A stretch of DNA of 40,809 nt from Pseudomonadota bacterium (GCA_041183605.1 JBEGLK010000001.1:1-40809); one strand, 5' to 3'; counted from the first letter of the stretch, positions 28,750 to 39,142 are shown. Notes: generated from the letters alone by a model not told the origin. Translations and numbers: made by a program.

Positions 28750-29763
28750 ATGGAATATCGTAGCCTTGGCCGCAGCGGCCTGAAAGTATCCCGTCTCTGC
28801 CTCGGAACAATGATGTTCGGTATTCAGACGGACGAGGAAACCTCGGGACGGATTGTGGACAGTGCACGCGCGGCGGGTGTGAACTTCATCGACACCTCCA
28901 GCAGCTACGGCCTGGGTAAATCGGAAGAAACCGTCGGTCGCATTTTGAAGGGTGATCGCGACAAGTGGGTACTCGCCACCAAAGTTGGCAACCCTCTGCC
29001 CTCCGCAGATTTGTCGCGCAGGTACATCATGCGTTCCATCGACGAGTCCCTGCGGCGACTCGGCACTGATCACGTCGACCTCTACTACCTCCATCGCGAC
29101 GACCCGACCACGCCGCTGGAAGAAACCATCCGCACTATGGCTGACCTGGTGCGGGCGGGCAAGATCCGTTACATTGGTTTGTCAAACTTCAGCAGCTGGC
29201 GCCTGGCACAGGCCATTCGCCTGTGCGATGAGGCTGGCATCGACCGCCCCGCCGCCAGCCAACCGTTGTACAACGCGGTAAATCGCATGGCCGAGGCAGA
29301 ACAAATTCCAGCTTGTCAGTTCTTCGGTCTCGGCGTTGTGCCATATAGCCCGCTTGCCCGTGGCATTCTGTCTGGCAAGTACCCGAGCATTGACCAGATA
29401 CCCGAGGGTAGCCGCGCCGCGCGCAATGACTACCGCATGAGGGTCGCCGAATTGCGTTCGGAATCAATTGCGTGCGCGCAGGAGATCATGACCCATGCCC
29501 AGGCACGCGGAAATACTGCCGCCCACTTCGCCGTGAAGTGGGTACTGAACAATACGCTGGTGAGCTCTGTGATTGCCGGACCGCGAACGATGGAGCAATG
29601 GGAAGAGTACCTGGCGGCCATGGAAAGCCCGTTTACTGCCGAGGACGAGGCCCTGGTCGACAGACTCGTGGCACCAGGTCATCCATCGACGCCGGGCTAC
29701 ACCGACCCTCAGTTTCCGGTGACAGGGCGCCTGGCCGCCACAACGGCCTCAATCAGCCATTGA
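28750..29763 (+). CDS. Aldo/keto reductase
   Basis: MEYRSLGRSGLKVSRLCLGTM, FIDT..Y, LATK, DLYYLH, IGLSN and YSPLARG motifs; alternative start at 28729. Confidence 0.9.
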   Translation: MEYRSLGRSGLKVSRLCLGTMMFGIQTDEETSGRIVDSARAAGVNFIDTSSSYGLGKSEETVGRILKGDRDKWVLATKVGNPLPSADLSRRYIMRSIDESLRRLGTDHVDLYYLHRDDPTTPLEETIRTMADLVRAGKIRYIGLSNFSSWRLAQAIRLCDEAGIDRPAASQPLYNAVNRMAEAEQIPACQFFGLGVVPYSPLARGILSGKYPSIDQIPEGSRAARNDYRMRVAELRSESIACAQEIMTHAQARGNTAAHFAVKWVLNNTLVSSVIAGPRTMEQWEEYLAAMESPFTAEDEALVDRLVAPGHPSTPGYTDPQFPVTGRLAATTASISH

Positions 29764-29845
29764 TATTTAACGTCCGGTTTCGGTTATCAAGTCCCATTTT
29801 GCAGGCAACGCAACCAATCCGCAAAAGCCATAAAAGGAGACACCC

Positions 29846-30868
29846 ATGACAACCATTGTGAATACACGAAGCAACAGGTGCGCGACGACATTTTGTCTGC
29901 GTCTGGAAAAAATCGTCCGCTTGCTGGTCGTCTTCACCATGATGGCTACGGGCCTTGCCCATGCGCAAACCTGGCCGACCAAGCCTGTCCACATCGTGGT
30001 TCCGTTTGCGCCCGGCGGCACCACCGACCTGCTCGCGCGCGTGCTCGGTCAGGCTTTATCGCAAAACCTGGGCCAACCGTTCGTGATTGACAGCAAGCCA
30101 GGTGGCAGCGGCGCGATTGGCTCCATGGAGGTGGCGCGCGCCCCAGCCGACGGTTACACATTGCTTCTGACCACGAGCAGCACACACGCGGTAGCACCAG
30201 CGCTGTCGTCAAATCTTCGTTACAACCCAATCGAGGACTTCACACCGATCGCACATCTGGCGGATTCTCAGTTGCTCATGCTCGGATCACCCAGCATGAA
30301 CGCCAAGACCGCTACCGAAATGCTCGCATTGGCCCGGCAAAAGCCCGGTCAACTCAACTACACCAGCAGCGGTGTGGGCACTATCTCCCATCTGGTCACC
30401 GAGGCCATGAAAGTTCAGGCCGGCGTTTTCATCACCCACATCCCCTACCGAGGCACGGGCCAGGCAATACCAGATCTGGTGAGCGGCGCTGTACAGATCT
30501 CTTGGGATGTGATGGCCACCGGGTTGGCCCACGTCCGGGAAGGTCGCCTACGCGGCCTGGCGGTTAGCGGAGCACAGCGTTCACCGCTGGCCCCGGAGAT
30601 TCCAACACTCGCCGAATCCGGCTTGCCGGGTTTCTCGGTAGTGTCTTGGTTTGGGCTTTACGCACCGCGCGGCTTGCCCCCGGCACTGGTACAGCGTATC
30701 AATGAAGAGGTCAACAAGGTGCTGCGCTCTCCCGAAATGGCAGCACGTTATGTGACCTGGGGTATAGAAGCAAAAATCGGCTCACCTGCGGACTTCGCCG
30801 CCATGGTGGTCAAGGACAAAGAGCGCTGGAGCAAACTTGTCAAGGATATCAAGCTCAAGGTGGATTGA
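29846..30868 (+). CDS. Bug/TctC-family periplasmic receptor
   Basis: WPTKPVHIVVPFAPGGTTD and HIPYRG motifs; AAGGAG RBS. Confidence 0.92.
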   Translation: MTTIVNTRSNRCATTFCLRLEKIVRLLVVFTMMATGLAHAQTWPTKPVHIVVPFAPGGTTDLLARVLGQALSQNLGQPFVIDSKPGGSGAIGSMEVARAPADGYTLLLTTSSTHAVAPALSSNLRYNPIEDFTPIAHLADSQLLMLGSPSMNAKTATEMLALARQKPGQLNYTSSGVGTISHLVTEAMKVQAGVFITHIPYRGTGQAIPDLVSGAVQISWDVMATGLAHVREGRLRGLAVSGAQRSPLAPEIPTLAESGLPGFSVVSWFGLYAPRGLPPALVQRINEEVNKVLRSPEMAARYVTWGIEAKIGSPADFAAMVVKDKERWSKLVKDIKLKVD

Positions 30869-30880
30869 TACCAACAAAGC

Positions 30881-31852
30881 TTACTCGGGAGTGATGCCCG
30901 CCTCAGCGATGCGCCGCTTCCAGATCGCGTCCTGGGCCCGCATGAAGCTGGCAAATTCATCCAATGTGGTCACCTCGACAATGGAGCCCATGCGGCCCTC
31001 AAGGCGGTCCTTGACTTCAGGTTCTTCCAGTACGGTGCGCAGCTCGTTGTTCAGGCGCGTGGTGATCGCACGCGGTGTGCCGGCTGGGGCGATGAAGCCG
31101 ATCCATGAAACCAGCTCGAATTCCTCCAGTCCGGGGGTTTCCCGCATCGTCGGCACATTGGGCTGTACCGGCAGGCGTCTGGCAGTACTCACAGCCAGCG
31201 GGCGGATCTTGCCGCCATCGATCAACGCAGAGGATGCAGCAAAATCGACAAAAGTGAAGTCGATCAGTCCACCCATCATGTCGGTGAAAACTTGCGGTGT
31301 GCTCTTGTAGGGGACACCCACAGCCTTGAATTTGCCGATGTTCTGGATCATGGCACCAGCCACCTGGCCGCCAGTGTTGCCGTAGCCAAAGTTCAGCTTT
31401 CCGGGATTTTCTCGACCAAAGCGAACAAGATCGGCCACTGTCTTGAAGGGCGAGTCGGCGCGCACCAACAAGGCAAGCGGGTTCAGTGTGATACGCCCGA
31501 TCGGTACGAAGTCCTTGTTGGGGTCGTAGCGCAGGCTTTTGAACAGATAAGGATTGGCCGAATGGGTGGAGTTGGTGCCGACCATGATCGTGTAACCGTC
31601 AGGAGTGGCACGCGCCACGGCCTCGGCAGCGATCTGGCCACTGGCACCCACCTTGTAGTCGATCACGACGGGCTGCTTCAGATTGCGTGCCATCTTTTCG
31701 GAGAAGGTTCGCACGATCGCATCGGTGCCGCTACCGGCGCCGAACGGCAGGATGATTGTGATTGGCTTGGAGGGGTATGTGTCTTGTGCGCTGACCGTGC
31801 CGGCCATCAGCGGCAGTGAGAGTACAAGGAACTTAAAAAATTGTCGAATCAT
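30881..31852 (-). CDS. Bug/TctC-family periplasmic receptor
   Basis: YPSKPITIILPFGAGSGTD and VPYKS motifs; signal peptide; GAGG RBS. Confidence 0.92.
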   Translation of the reverse strand: MIRQFFKFLVLSLPLMAGTVSAQDTYPSKPITIILPFGAGSGTDAIVRTFSEKMARNLKQPVVIDYKVGASGQIAAEAVARATPDGYTIMVGTNSTHSANPYLFKSLRYDPNKDFVPIGRITLNPLALLVRADSPFKTVADLVRFGRENPGKLNFGYGNTGGQVAGAMIQNIGKFKAVGVPYKSTPQVFTDMMGGLIDFTFVDFAASSALIDGGKIRPLAVSTARRLPVQPNVPTMRETPGLEEFELVSWIGFIAPAGTPRAITTRLNNELRTVLEEPEVKDRLEGRMGSIVEVTTLDEFASFMRAQDAIWKRRIAEAGITPE

Positions 31853-31876
31853 GGCTTGGTTTCCTCTCGAAAAAAT

Positions 31877-31893
31877 TGATCATATGATGACCA
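31877..31893. promoter_or_regulatory. Candidate FadR-type operator upstream of the Bug gene
   Basis: TGATC-ATATGAT-GACCA has the same 17-bp architecture as 23807-23823. Confidence 0.45.
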
Positions 31894-31960
31894 GCCCCAC
31901 TTCAAATTGGGGTATTCCCGATGTGACACCTGACCCAGGAGCAGCCACGACGGCCGCGCA

Positions 31961-32001
31961 AGAAAATAGAAAAGCCCCAAGCAGATCAACTACTTGGGGC
32001 T
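31961..32001 (-). terminator. Rho-independent terminator of the tRNA operon
   Basis: Stem AGCCCCAAG (31973-31981) / CTTGGGGCT (31993-32001), followed on the minus strand by a T-rich tract, directly 3' of tRNA-Asp. Confidence 0.85.
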
Positions 32002-32006
32002 ATATC

Positions 32007-32083
32007 TGGCGGAGCGGACGGGACTCGAACCCGCGACCCCCGGCGTGACAGGCCGGTATTCTAACCAACTGAACTACCACTCC
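32007..32083 (-). tRNA. tRNA-Asp (GTC)
   Basis: GGAGTGGTAGTTCAGTTGGTTAGAATACCGGCCT-GTC-ACGCCGG...GGTTCGAGTCC...CCA, 77 nt. Confidence 0.97.
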
Positions 32084-32172
32084 TGGTAGCTAACGTTTAC
32101 TCTTTCGAGCCAAGTCATCTGTCTTTACAGACAAACCGTTACCGACTTGCGCCGATTTATCTTGCGATAAAC

Positions 32173-32248
32173 TGGCGACCCCACGGGGATTCGAACCCCG
32201 GTACTCACCGTGAAAGGGTGATGTCCTAGGCCTCTAGACGATGGGGTC
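32173..32248 (-). tRNA. tRNA-Glu (TTC)
   Basis: GACCCCATCGTCTAGAGGCCTAGGACATCACCCT-TTC-ACGGTGA...GGTTCGAATCC...CCA, 76 nt. Confidence 0.97.
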
Positions 32249-32282
32249 ATAACCTTTGGACTTCCGTCATTCTTGAAAACTT

Positions 32283-32358
<76 letters not shown>

Positions 32359-32407
32359 GAATCCACAACTACTTTGTTTAGAAGCAGTGTTTGTTTCCAA
32401 GCCTCAA

Positions 32408-32437
32408 ATTATAGCGTTATTTTTGGGCCACTTTCAA
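32408..32437 (-). promoter_or_regulatory. Sigma70 promoter of the tRNA Ala-Glu-Asp operon
   Basis: Minus strand TTGAAA(32437-32432)-N18-TATAAT(32413-32408); the -35 lies within the last codons of gltX. Confidence 0.7.
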
Positions 32438-33808
32438 TCTTGCGATAACTTTTTCACGATCAAATATAGCAAGTAATGCATCCAGCGACGGGGTGTGTGC
32501 ATTTCCGGCCACCAACACACGAACCGGCATGGCCAGATGTGGCATTTTTATGCCGCATGCCGCCAGTACTTCCTTGATAGCGGCTGCAATGCCGGCCTTG
32601 TCCCAGGTGCAAACGGCAAGTTTGTCAGTCAACATGGCCAACGCCGGTGCGACGGCTTCGGTTACATGCTGGGCCAGGTCAGTTTCTGAAGCTTGCACAT
32701 CCGCATAAAACACCGCGGCCCAATCGGCAAGCGCCACAGTGGTGTCACAGCGATCCTTGAACAGGGCACAGATCGCAGACAAACGCGCATCGGCTTCGAT
32801 GCCGCGCTTTTGCAATTGTGATTGCACCAGCGGCGCCAGCACCTCATCGGTTGTGAGTTTGATGTGTTGGGCATTGACCCAGCGTAATTTAGCTTCGTCA
32901 AACTGTGCTGCGCTCTTGCCCAGGTGGTCCAGGTTGAACCATTCCAGAAACTGCTGGCGACTGAAAATCTCGTCGTCACCATGGCTCCAACCCAGACGCG
33001 CCAGGTAGTTCACCATGGCATCAGGCAGGTAGCCTTCTTCGCGGTATTGCGTGACAGGTTTGGCGCCGTTGCGTTTGCTCATTTTTTCACCCTGCTCATT
33101 GAGCACGGTCGGCAAATGGGCATACACCGGCGGTTCTTTGCCAAGCGCCTTGAAGATGTTGATCTGGCGTGGCGTGTTATTGACATGGTCATCGCCGCGT
33201 ATCACATGGGTGATGGCCATGTCGATGTCGTCCACCACCACGCAAAAATTGTAGGTAGGCGTGCCGTCCGGGCGCGCGATCACCAGGTCGTCGAGTTCGT
33301 CATTGCTGATTTCGATGCGGCCCTTGACCTTGTCGTCCCACACCACCGAGCCACCTTGCGGGTTTTTGAAACGCAGCACTGGCTGCACGCCTTCAGGAAT
33401 CGGCGGCAGGGATTTGCCGGGTGCTGGACGCCAGGTGCCGTCATAACGCGGCTTTTCCTTGGCCGCCGTCTGGCGCTCGCGCAGGGCATCCAGCTCGGCC
33501 ATGCTCATATAACAAGGGTAGACATGGCCCGCAGCCACCATGCCAGCCAGTACTTCCTTGTAGCGGTCCATGCGCTGCATTTGATAGAACGGGCCTTCGT
33601 CGTAATTGAGTCCGAGCCAGTTCATGCCCTCGATGATCACGTCCACAGCAGCCTGGGTCGATCGCTCGAGGTCGGTGTCTTCGATGCGCAAGATGAAGTC
33701 GCCGCCCGTCGAGCGGGCAAAAGCCCAGGGGTACAAAGCAGAACGGATGTTGCCCAGATGAATGAAGCCGGTCGGCGACGGTGCGAAACGGGTACGGGTT
33801 TTTGTCAT
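32417..33808 (-). CDS. gltX: Glutamate--tRNA ligase
   Basis: [15 protein letters not shown] (HIGH-like), [15 protein letters not shown] and KMSKR motifs. Confidence 0.97.
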   Translation of the reverse strand: MTKTRTRFAPSPTGFIHLGNIRSALYPWAFARSTGGDFILRIEDTDLERSTQAAVDVIIEGMNWLGLNYDEGPFYQMQRMDRYKEVLAGMVAAGHVYPCYMSMAELDALRERQTAAKEKPRYDGTWRPAPGKSLPPIPEGVQPVLRFKNPQGGSVVWDDKVKGRIEISNDELDDLVIARPDGTPTYNFCVVVDDIDMAITHVIRGDDHVNNTPRQINIFKALGKEPPVYAHLPTVLNEQGEKMSKRNGAKPVTQYREEGYLPDAMVNYLARLGWSHGDDEIFSRQQFLEWFNLDHLGKSAAQFDEAKLRWVNAQHIKLTTDEVLAPLVQSQLQKRGIEADARLSAICALFKDRCDTTVALADWAAVFYADVQASETDLAQHVTEAVAPALAMLTDKLAVCTWDKAGIAAAIKEVLAACGIKMPHLAMPVRVLVAGNAHTPSLDALLAIFDREKVIARLKVAQK

Positions 33809-35028
33809 TGCAAAGTATCGAGTTGTTGCAGGCCGCGGGCCAGGTCAGCCTGGATGTCGCCAAGATGCTCCAGTCCCATGGCAACACGGATCAGTCCCTG
33901 GCCAATGCCGGCGGCCTGGCGCTGGACCTCCGTCAAGCGGCCATGCGAGGTAGTGGCCGGGTGAGAAATGGTGGTCTTGGTGTCACCGAGATTGGTGGTG
34001 ACCGAACACACCTGCGTGCTGTCGATCACATGGAAGGCGCGCTTACGGCCCTGTGCCGCATCAGACGCACACACGTCAAATGACACCACGGCGCCACCGA
34101 GGCCACTTTGCTGGCGCATGGCCAACGCGTGTTGCGGGTGTGAGGTCAAACCGGGGTAATAAACATGGGCGACGTTAGGTTGCTGCTGCAGCCATTGCGC
34201 CAGCGCCAGCGCACTGTCGCACTGCGCGCGCATACGGATCGCCAGTGTTTCCATACCCTTGGTGACGACCCAGGCGTTGAACGGCGACAACACCATGCCC
34301 GCCGTGCGGTTGATCGGCCAGAACACGTCAGTGACATATTTTTGCGAACAACAAATGGCACCGGCGACCACCCTGCCCTGGCCATCCAGGTATTTGGTAC
34401 CGGAATGGATCACGAAGTCAGCGCCATACTCCACCGGGCGCTGCAGCGCGGGTGTACAAAAACAGTTGTCCACCGCCAGCAAAGCACCACCTGAATGAGC
34501 CACTTCGGCCAAGGCCGCGATGTCGCAAATGTCGGTGAGCGGATTGGTGGGGGTTTCCGCAAACAACAGCTTGGTATTGGGTTTGAGCGCCGCGCGCCAC
34601 TGCGCCACATCGGTCTGGGAAACAAAGGTGGTTTCCACACCGAACTTGGCAAACTCGACGGCGAACAGGCGAAGTGTGGAACCAAACACCGACTGCGAAC
34701 AAATCACATGGTCACCAGCGCGCAACAGGCCCATGCCCAGCAACAGGACTGCAGACATGCCGCTCGACGTGGCAATCGCTGCCTCGGTGCCTTCGAGTGC
34801 CGCCAAGCGCTGTTCCATACCAGTCACAGTCGGGTTACCGACACGGGAGTAAACGTAGCCGTCTTCCTCGTTGGCAAAACGCTTGCGCGCGGTCTCGGCG
34901 TCAGGCTGCAAAAAACTGCTGGTCAGGTACAGCGCTTCCGAATTTTCACCATATTGGCTGGGCTCGATACCGGCGCGCACCGCCAGTGTGTCGCGGTGCA
35001 GGTTGTCAGGGAGTTTCTTGGCTGTCAT
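33805..35028 (-). CDS. metZ: O-succinylhomoserine sulfhydrylase
   Basis: [19 protein letters not shown] and [15 protein letters not shown]-lysine motif; purF-metZ context. Confidence 0.92.
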   Translation of the reverse strand: MTAKKLPDNLHRDTLAVRAGIEPSQYGENSEALYLTSSFLQPDAETARKRFANEEDGYVYSRVGNPTVTGMEQRLAALEGTEAAIATSSGMSAVLLLGMGLLRAGDHVICSQSVFGSTLRLFAVEFAKFGVETTFVSQTDVAQWRAALKPNTKLLFAETPTNPLTDICDIAALAEVAHSGGALLAVDNCFCTPALQRPVEYGADFVIHSGTKYLDGQGRVVAGAICCSQKYVTDVFWPINRTAGMVLSPFNAWVVTKGMETLAIRMRAQCDSALALAQWLQQQPNVAHVYYPGLTSHPQHALAMRQQSGLGGAVVSFDVCASDAAQGRKRAFHVIDSTQVCSVTTNLGDTKTTISHPATTSHGRLTEVQRQAAGIGQGLIRVAMGLEHLGDIQADLARGLQQLDTLQ

Positions 35029-35030
35029 GG

Positions 35031-36530
35031 TCAGTCGTTATGGTTGGGCAGGGCCAGACGCGAGTTGTCTTCCAGGGTTTCATCACCGTCAACACGGTTG
35101 GCGTTCAGCCGTTCGATGTCCGCCAGCGTGATGTCCCCGGTGACATAAACACCGTCAAAGCAGGAAGCGTCAAAGTCCTTGATGTGGGGGTTGAGCGAGC
35201 CAATCGCCTTTTTCATGGCGTCCACATCCTGGTAAATCAGAGCATCACAACCAATGATTTGACGAATCTGTTCCACCGTGCGGTTGTGCGCCACGAGTTC
35301 CTGCGGTGTCGGCATGTCAATGCCGTACACGTTGGGGTAACGCACCGGCGGCGCCGCGCTGGCCATATAAACCTTGTTGGCGCCGGCATCACGCGCCATT
35401 TGCACGATTTCCTTGGAGGTGGTGCCACGCACGATGGAATCATCCACCAGCAATACATTGCGGCCCTTGAACTCGCTGGCAATCACGTTGAGCTTCTGGC
35501 GCACGGACTTTTTGCGTACCGATTGCCCCGGCATGATGAAGGTACGCCCGACATAGCGGTTTTTGACAAAGCCTTCACGGTAAGGCAAGCCCAGCAATTG
35601 CGCCAGTTGGGCCGCGCTGGGCCGGCTCGATTCAGGGATCGGAATGACCACATCGATCTGGTTGGGCGGCACGGTCGAGATCACCCGCTTGGCCAATGTT
35701 TCACCCAGGTTCAGGCGGGCCTGGTACACCGAAATGTCATCCATCACCGAATCGGGTCGCGCGAGATAGACGTACTCAAAAATGCAGGGATTCAGCACCG
35801 GCCGGTCAGCACATTGCTGCGCGTGCACCTTGCCTTGCAGGTCAACAAACACCGCCTCGCCGGGCTGGATATTGCGCTCGAACTTGTGGTTGGTGCCTTC
35901 CATGGCCACCGACTCACTCGCCAGCATCACCGTATCGTCCGCCATACCGATACACAGCGGGCGAATGCCAAACGGGTCGCGAAACGCCAGCACGCCATGG
36001 CCGGCAATCAGGGCAATCACGGCATAGGAGCCCTTGACGCGCCGATGCACCCTGCGCACCGCTTCGAACAGGTCGTTCGGCGACAAGGGCAAACCGCGCG
36101 TGGTTTCACCAATTTCATGCGCCAGCACATTGAGCAATACCTCGGAATCACTCTCGGTATTGATGTGGCGATGGTCGGTGCTGAATAGCTCGGCCTTCAA
36201 GGCGTGGGCATTGGTCAGGTTGCCGTTGTGCACCAGCACAATGCCAAAAGGCGCATTGACATAAAAGGGCTGCGCTTCTTCTTCGCTGAAGGCATTGCCT
36301 GCGGTGGGATAACGCACCTGGCCAAGGCCGCAATTGCCCGGCAGCGAGCGCATGTTGCGGGTACGGAAGACATCTCGCACCATGCCCTTGGCCTTGTGCA
36401 TGAAAAATTTGCGTTCCTGCTGCGTCACGATACCCGCAGCGTCCTGGCCGCGGTGCTGCAGCAACAACAATGCATCATAAATAAGCTGATTAACCGGCGC
36501 GTTACTGACGACGCCAACAATTCCACACAT
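35031..36530 (-). CDS. purF: Amidophosphoribosyltransferase
   Basis: N-terminal MCGIVG, LQHRGQD, HNGNL and VDDSIVRGTT PRPP motif. Confidence 0.97.
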   Translation of the reverse strand: MCGIVGVVSNAPVNQLIYDALLLLQHRGQDAAGIVTQQERKFFMHKAKGMVRDVFRTRNMRSLPGNCGLGQVRYPTAGNAFSEEEAQPFYVNAPFGIVLVHNGNLTNAHALKAELFSTDHRHINTESDSEVLLNVLAHEIGETTRGLPLSPNDLFEAVRRVHRRVKGSYAVIALIAGHGVLAFRDPFGIRPLCIGMADDTVMLASESVAMEGTNHKFERNIQPGEAVFVDLQGKVHAQQCADRPVLNPCIFEYVYLARPDSVMDDISVYQARLNLGETLAKRVISTVPPNQIDVVIPIPESSRPSAAQLAQLLGLPYREGFVKNRYVGRTFIMPGQSVRKKSVRQKLNVIASEFKGRNVLLVDDSIVRGTTSKEIVQMARDAGANKVYMASAAPPVRYPNVYGIDMPTPQELVAHNRTVEQIRQIIGCDALIYQDVDAMKKAIGSLNPHIKDFDASCFDGVYVTGDITLADIERLNANRVDGDETLEDNSRLALPNHND

Positions 36531-36557
36531 AATTTTCCAATCTTTTCAACGACTTGT

Positions 36558-37046
36558 TCAAGCAGGCAAATACTTCACCAACTCGCGCGGCAAGCTGGGT
36601 TGGATGCCGTGCAACACCGACAAAGATATTGCCACACCCCGGGATTCCTGCCATGCGGCACTGGATTTAAAAGGTGTCATGGCTGCCAGCAGGGTGGCCA
36701 GCAGCAACAGCAAGACACCCCGGATCGCACCAAAAGCCGACCCCAGCACCCGATCCACCGGCCGCAGGCCCACGCTCGCCATCAGTTTTTTCAGCAGCGC
36801 GGCCAGCAAACCACCAAACATGGCCACCGCGATGAAAACCAGAAGAAAACCGGCACCATAACGCACCATTTCGCTGGCACCACTCATCGGCAAATAACGC
36901 GCCACATCCAAAGCCAGCCACTGCGCCAGCACAAAGGCCGCAATCCAGCTCAACAAGGACAACACCTCAAAAACCAGCCCACGCCACGCCCCCACCAGCA
37001 CGGATGCCAGCAATACCGCAGCAAAAACCCAGTCCAGCACAGGCAT
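36558..37046 (-). CDS. cvpA: CvpA family membrane protein
   Basis: LDW...GAWRGLVFEVLSL, DRVLG..FG..RG motifs; dedD-cvpA-purF synteny; alternative start at 37061. Confidence 0.9.
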   Translation of the reverse strand: MPVLDWVFAAVLLASVLVGAWRGLVFEVLSLLSWIAAFVLAQWLALDVARYLPMSGASEMVRYGAGFLLVFIAVAMFGGLLAALLKKLMASVGLRPVDRVLGSAFGAIRGVLLLLLATLLAAMTPFKSSAAWQESRGVAISLSVLHGIQPSLPRELVKYLPA

Positions 37047-37062
37047 GGTCAGCAGAGACACA

Positions 37063-37803
37063 TCACAAGGTCAACAAAGCTGCAGGCAGATGCAGCTTTT
37101 TGACCTTATCTGCCGCTTTTTCGGCCTCTGCCTTGGAAGCAAAAGGACCGACCCGCACACGAATACGTTTGCCGTCCTTGGTGTCGGCCACATGGGTGTA
37201 GGTTTTGAGACCGGCATGCTCCAATTTCTGGCGCACTTCGCGGGCCCGGGTGGCATCGGCAAATGCACCCACTTGCACCACAAAACGCCCTGCTGCTGCA
37301 GCCGGCTGCTCTTCAGTCTGCTTGCCGTCCAGCAGAGCCTTGACCTTGTCGGCCTCAGTTGTTTTTGCCGGTGCAGGCGGCGTTACCGCAGGCTCGGGCT
37401 TGAGTGGCTTGGCCGCCGCCTTGACGGGTGGTTCGGCTGTTTCGGTAATGACCACCGACGGGCGCGCTGAAGCGGGCGCTGCAGGCGCTGAGGGCGCCAT
37501 GGCCACAGCTGAAGCCGCGGGCGCCGGCGTTACGGCCGCCACAACCGCGCTGGAAGCCGGCGGCGCAGGCAAAGCCAGAGGCAAGACCTTGTTTTTATCG
37601 GGAATATCGATCGGTGTGTCCACCGCAATCGGTCTCGGCTGCTTGTCAAACAACAAGGGGAAACCAATCACGCCAATCAACACCAACACCGTGGCACCCA
37701 GCAGTCTGTGCTTGGCGCGCTGACGCATGCTCTCCACACTTTCAGTCTGAACCGACGTGCTCGGGGTGGGATCGCTTTTTTTGCGAAACTTGAAAAAGTC
37801 CAT
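37063..37803 (-). CDS. dedD: SPOR-domain cell division protein (DedD-like)
   Basis: AKHRLLGA TM anchor, Pro/Ala-rich linker, VQVGAF and RVRVGPF SPOR motifs; folC-dedD-cvpA order. Confidence 0.85.
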   Translation of the reverse strand: MDFFKFRKKSDPTPSTSVQTESVESMRQRAKHRLLGATVLVLIGVIGFPLLFDKQPRPIAVDTPIDIPDKNKVLPLALPAPPASSAVVAAVTPAPAASAVAMAPSAPAAPASARPSVVITETAEPPVKAAAKPLKPEPAVTPPAPAKTTEADKVKALLDGKQTEEQPAAAAGRFVVQVGAFADATRAREVRQKLEHAGLKTYTHVADTKDGKRIRVRVGPFASKAEAEKAADKVKKLHLPAALLTL

Positions 37804-37822
37804 GCCGATGAGATTGATTGAA

Positions 37823-39142
37823 TCAGGAATGAGGCAAATGCTTGGCCTGCAATTGGGGCACGCCGTCTTTGAGCACGCCGCCCACAGTCAGGAACGATCC
37901 GAAAACAACAATTCTATCAGCGGGGTCTGCCTGCGAGAGAGCCGCCTGCAGTGCAGACTCAGGGTCAACATAGATCTCGGCAGAACAGTCCTTGCGCTTG
38001 TTCAGCATGGCCCATCGCGCCATCAGGTCAGACGCATGAGCAGCCCGCTCGGTTGGCAAATTGGTGAAATACCACTTGTCCACCAGTGGATTGAGCCGCG
38101 CCAGCACCGCGTCGATGTCCTTGTCTGCCATGGCACCAAACACCGCGTGGGTGGTCGGGAAAAACCCCATGGCATCCAGGTTGGCAGCCAGCGCTGCCGC
38201 CGCATGCGGGTTGTGCGCCACATCCAGCACCAGATTGGGCTGGCCCGGCACAATCTGGAAGCGCCCGGGCAAATCAACAAAGGCAAAGCCATTGCGCACG
38301 GCCTGTGCGGTGATCGGCAAACGCTCGCGCAAGGCCGTCAACGCAGCCAACACACCCGCCGAATTGACCAGCTGGTTAGCGCCACGCAGCGCAGGATAAG
38401 CCATGCCGCTGTAGCGCCGCCCGCGCCCGGCCCAGCCCCACTGCTGCTTGTCGCCAGACACGTTGAAATCCACACCCACCCGCCACAGGTCGGCGCCGAC
38501 TTCCAGCGCCCGGTCCAGCACGCTTTGTGGCGGCAAGGGATCACTCACCACCACCGGTTTGCCGGTGCGCATGATGCCCGCCTTCTCGTAACCGATGGCC
38601 TCCCGGCTGTCGCCCAGCAACGCGGTGTGGTCGAGGTCAATGCTGGTGATGATGGCGCAGTCAGGGTCGATGATATTGACCGCATCCAGCCGGCCGCCCA
38701 AGCCCACCTCAAGAATCACCACGTCAAGGCCGCTGTGGCGCATCACGTCCAGAATGGCCAGCGTCGAAAATTCAAAATAAGTCAGCGAGATCTCATCCCG
38801 GTCCTGAACCCGGGCGTTTTCCACCCGGGCAAAGGCGGCCACCAGTTCAGGTGCCTTGACTGCCTCGCCGTTCAGGCGCAAACGCTCTTCAAAGTGCACC
38901 AGATGTGGTGAGGTGTAGACCCCGGTACGGTAGCCCGCCTGCATCAAAATGGACTCCAGCATGGCGCAGGTCGAGCCCTTGCCATTGGTACCGGCCACGG
39001 TGATCACCGGGCAGTCAAAAGCAATGCCCATGCGCCGGGCCACGGTCTGAACCCGGTCCAGACCCAGGTCGATGGTGGTGGGATGCAGGCGTTCGCAGTA
39101 GTCGAGCCAGTCTTGAAGGGTGTGGAGCGTGGATGTCGTCAT
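37823..39142 (-). CDS. folC: Bifunctional folylpolyglutamate synthase/dihydrofolate synthase
   Basis: IDLGLDR, VAGTNGKGST, YTSPHL, EVGLGGRLDA, DVAHNP and FGSF motifs; start trimmed to MTTSTL (39142). Confidence 0.95.
   Translation of the reverse strand: MTTSTLHTLQDWLDYCERLHPTTIDLGLDRVQTVARRMGIAFDCPVITVAGTNGKGSTCAMLESILMQAGYRTGVYTSPHLVHFEERLRLNGEAVKAPELVAAFARVENARVQDRDEISLTYFEFSTLAILDVMRHSGLDVVILEVGLGGRLDAVNIIDPDCAIITSIDLDHTALLGDSREAIGYEKAGIMRTGKPVVVSDPLPPQSVLDRALEVGADLWRVGVDFNVSGDKQQWGWAGRGRRYSGMAYPALRGANQLVNSAGVLAALTALRERLPITAQAVRNGFAFVDLPGRFQIVPGQPNLVLDVAHNPHAAAALAANLDAMGFFPTTHAVFGAMADKDIDAVLARLNPLVDKWYFTNLPTERAAHASDLMARWAMLNKRKDCSAEIYVDPESALQAALSQADPADRIVVFGSFLTVGGVLKDGVPQLQAKHLPHS

Noticed and set aside
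37370-37580. Low-complexity GC-rich repeats
   Set aside because: They encode the normal Pro/Ala linker of DedD.
32924-38911. Long + strand ORFs (346, 504, 299 and 384 aa)
   Set aside because: Antisense to gltX, metZ/purF, purF/cvpA and folC.
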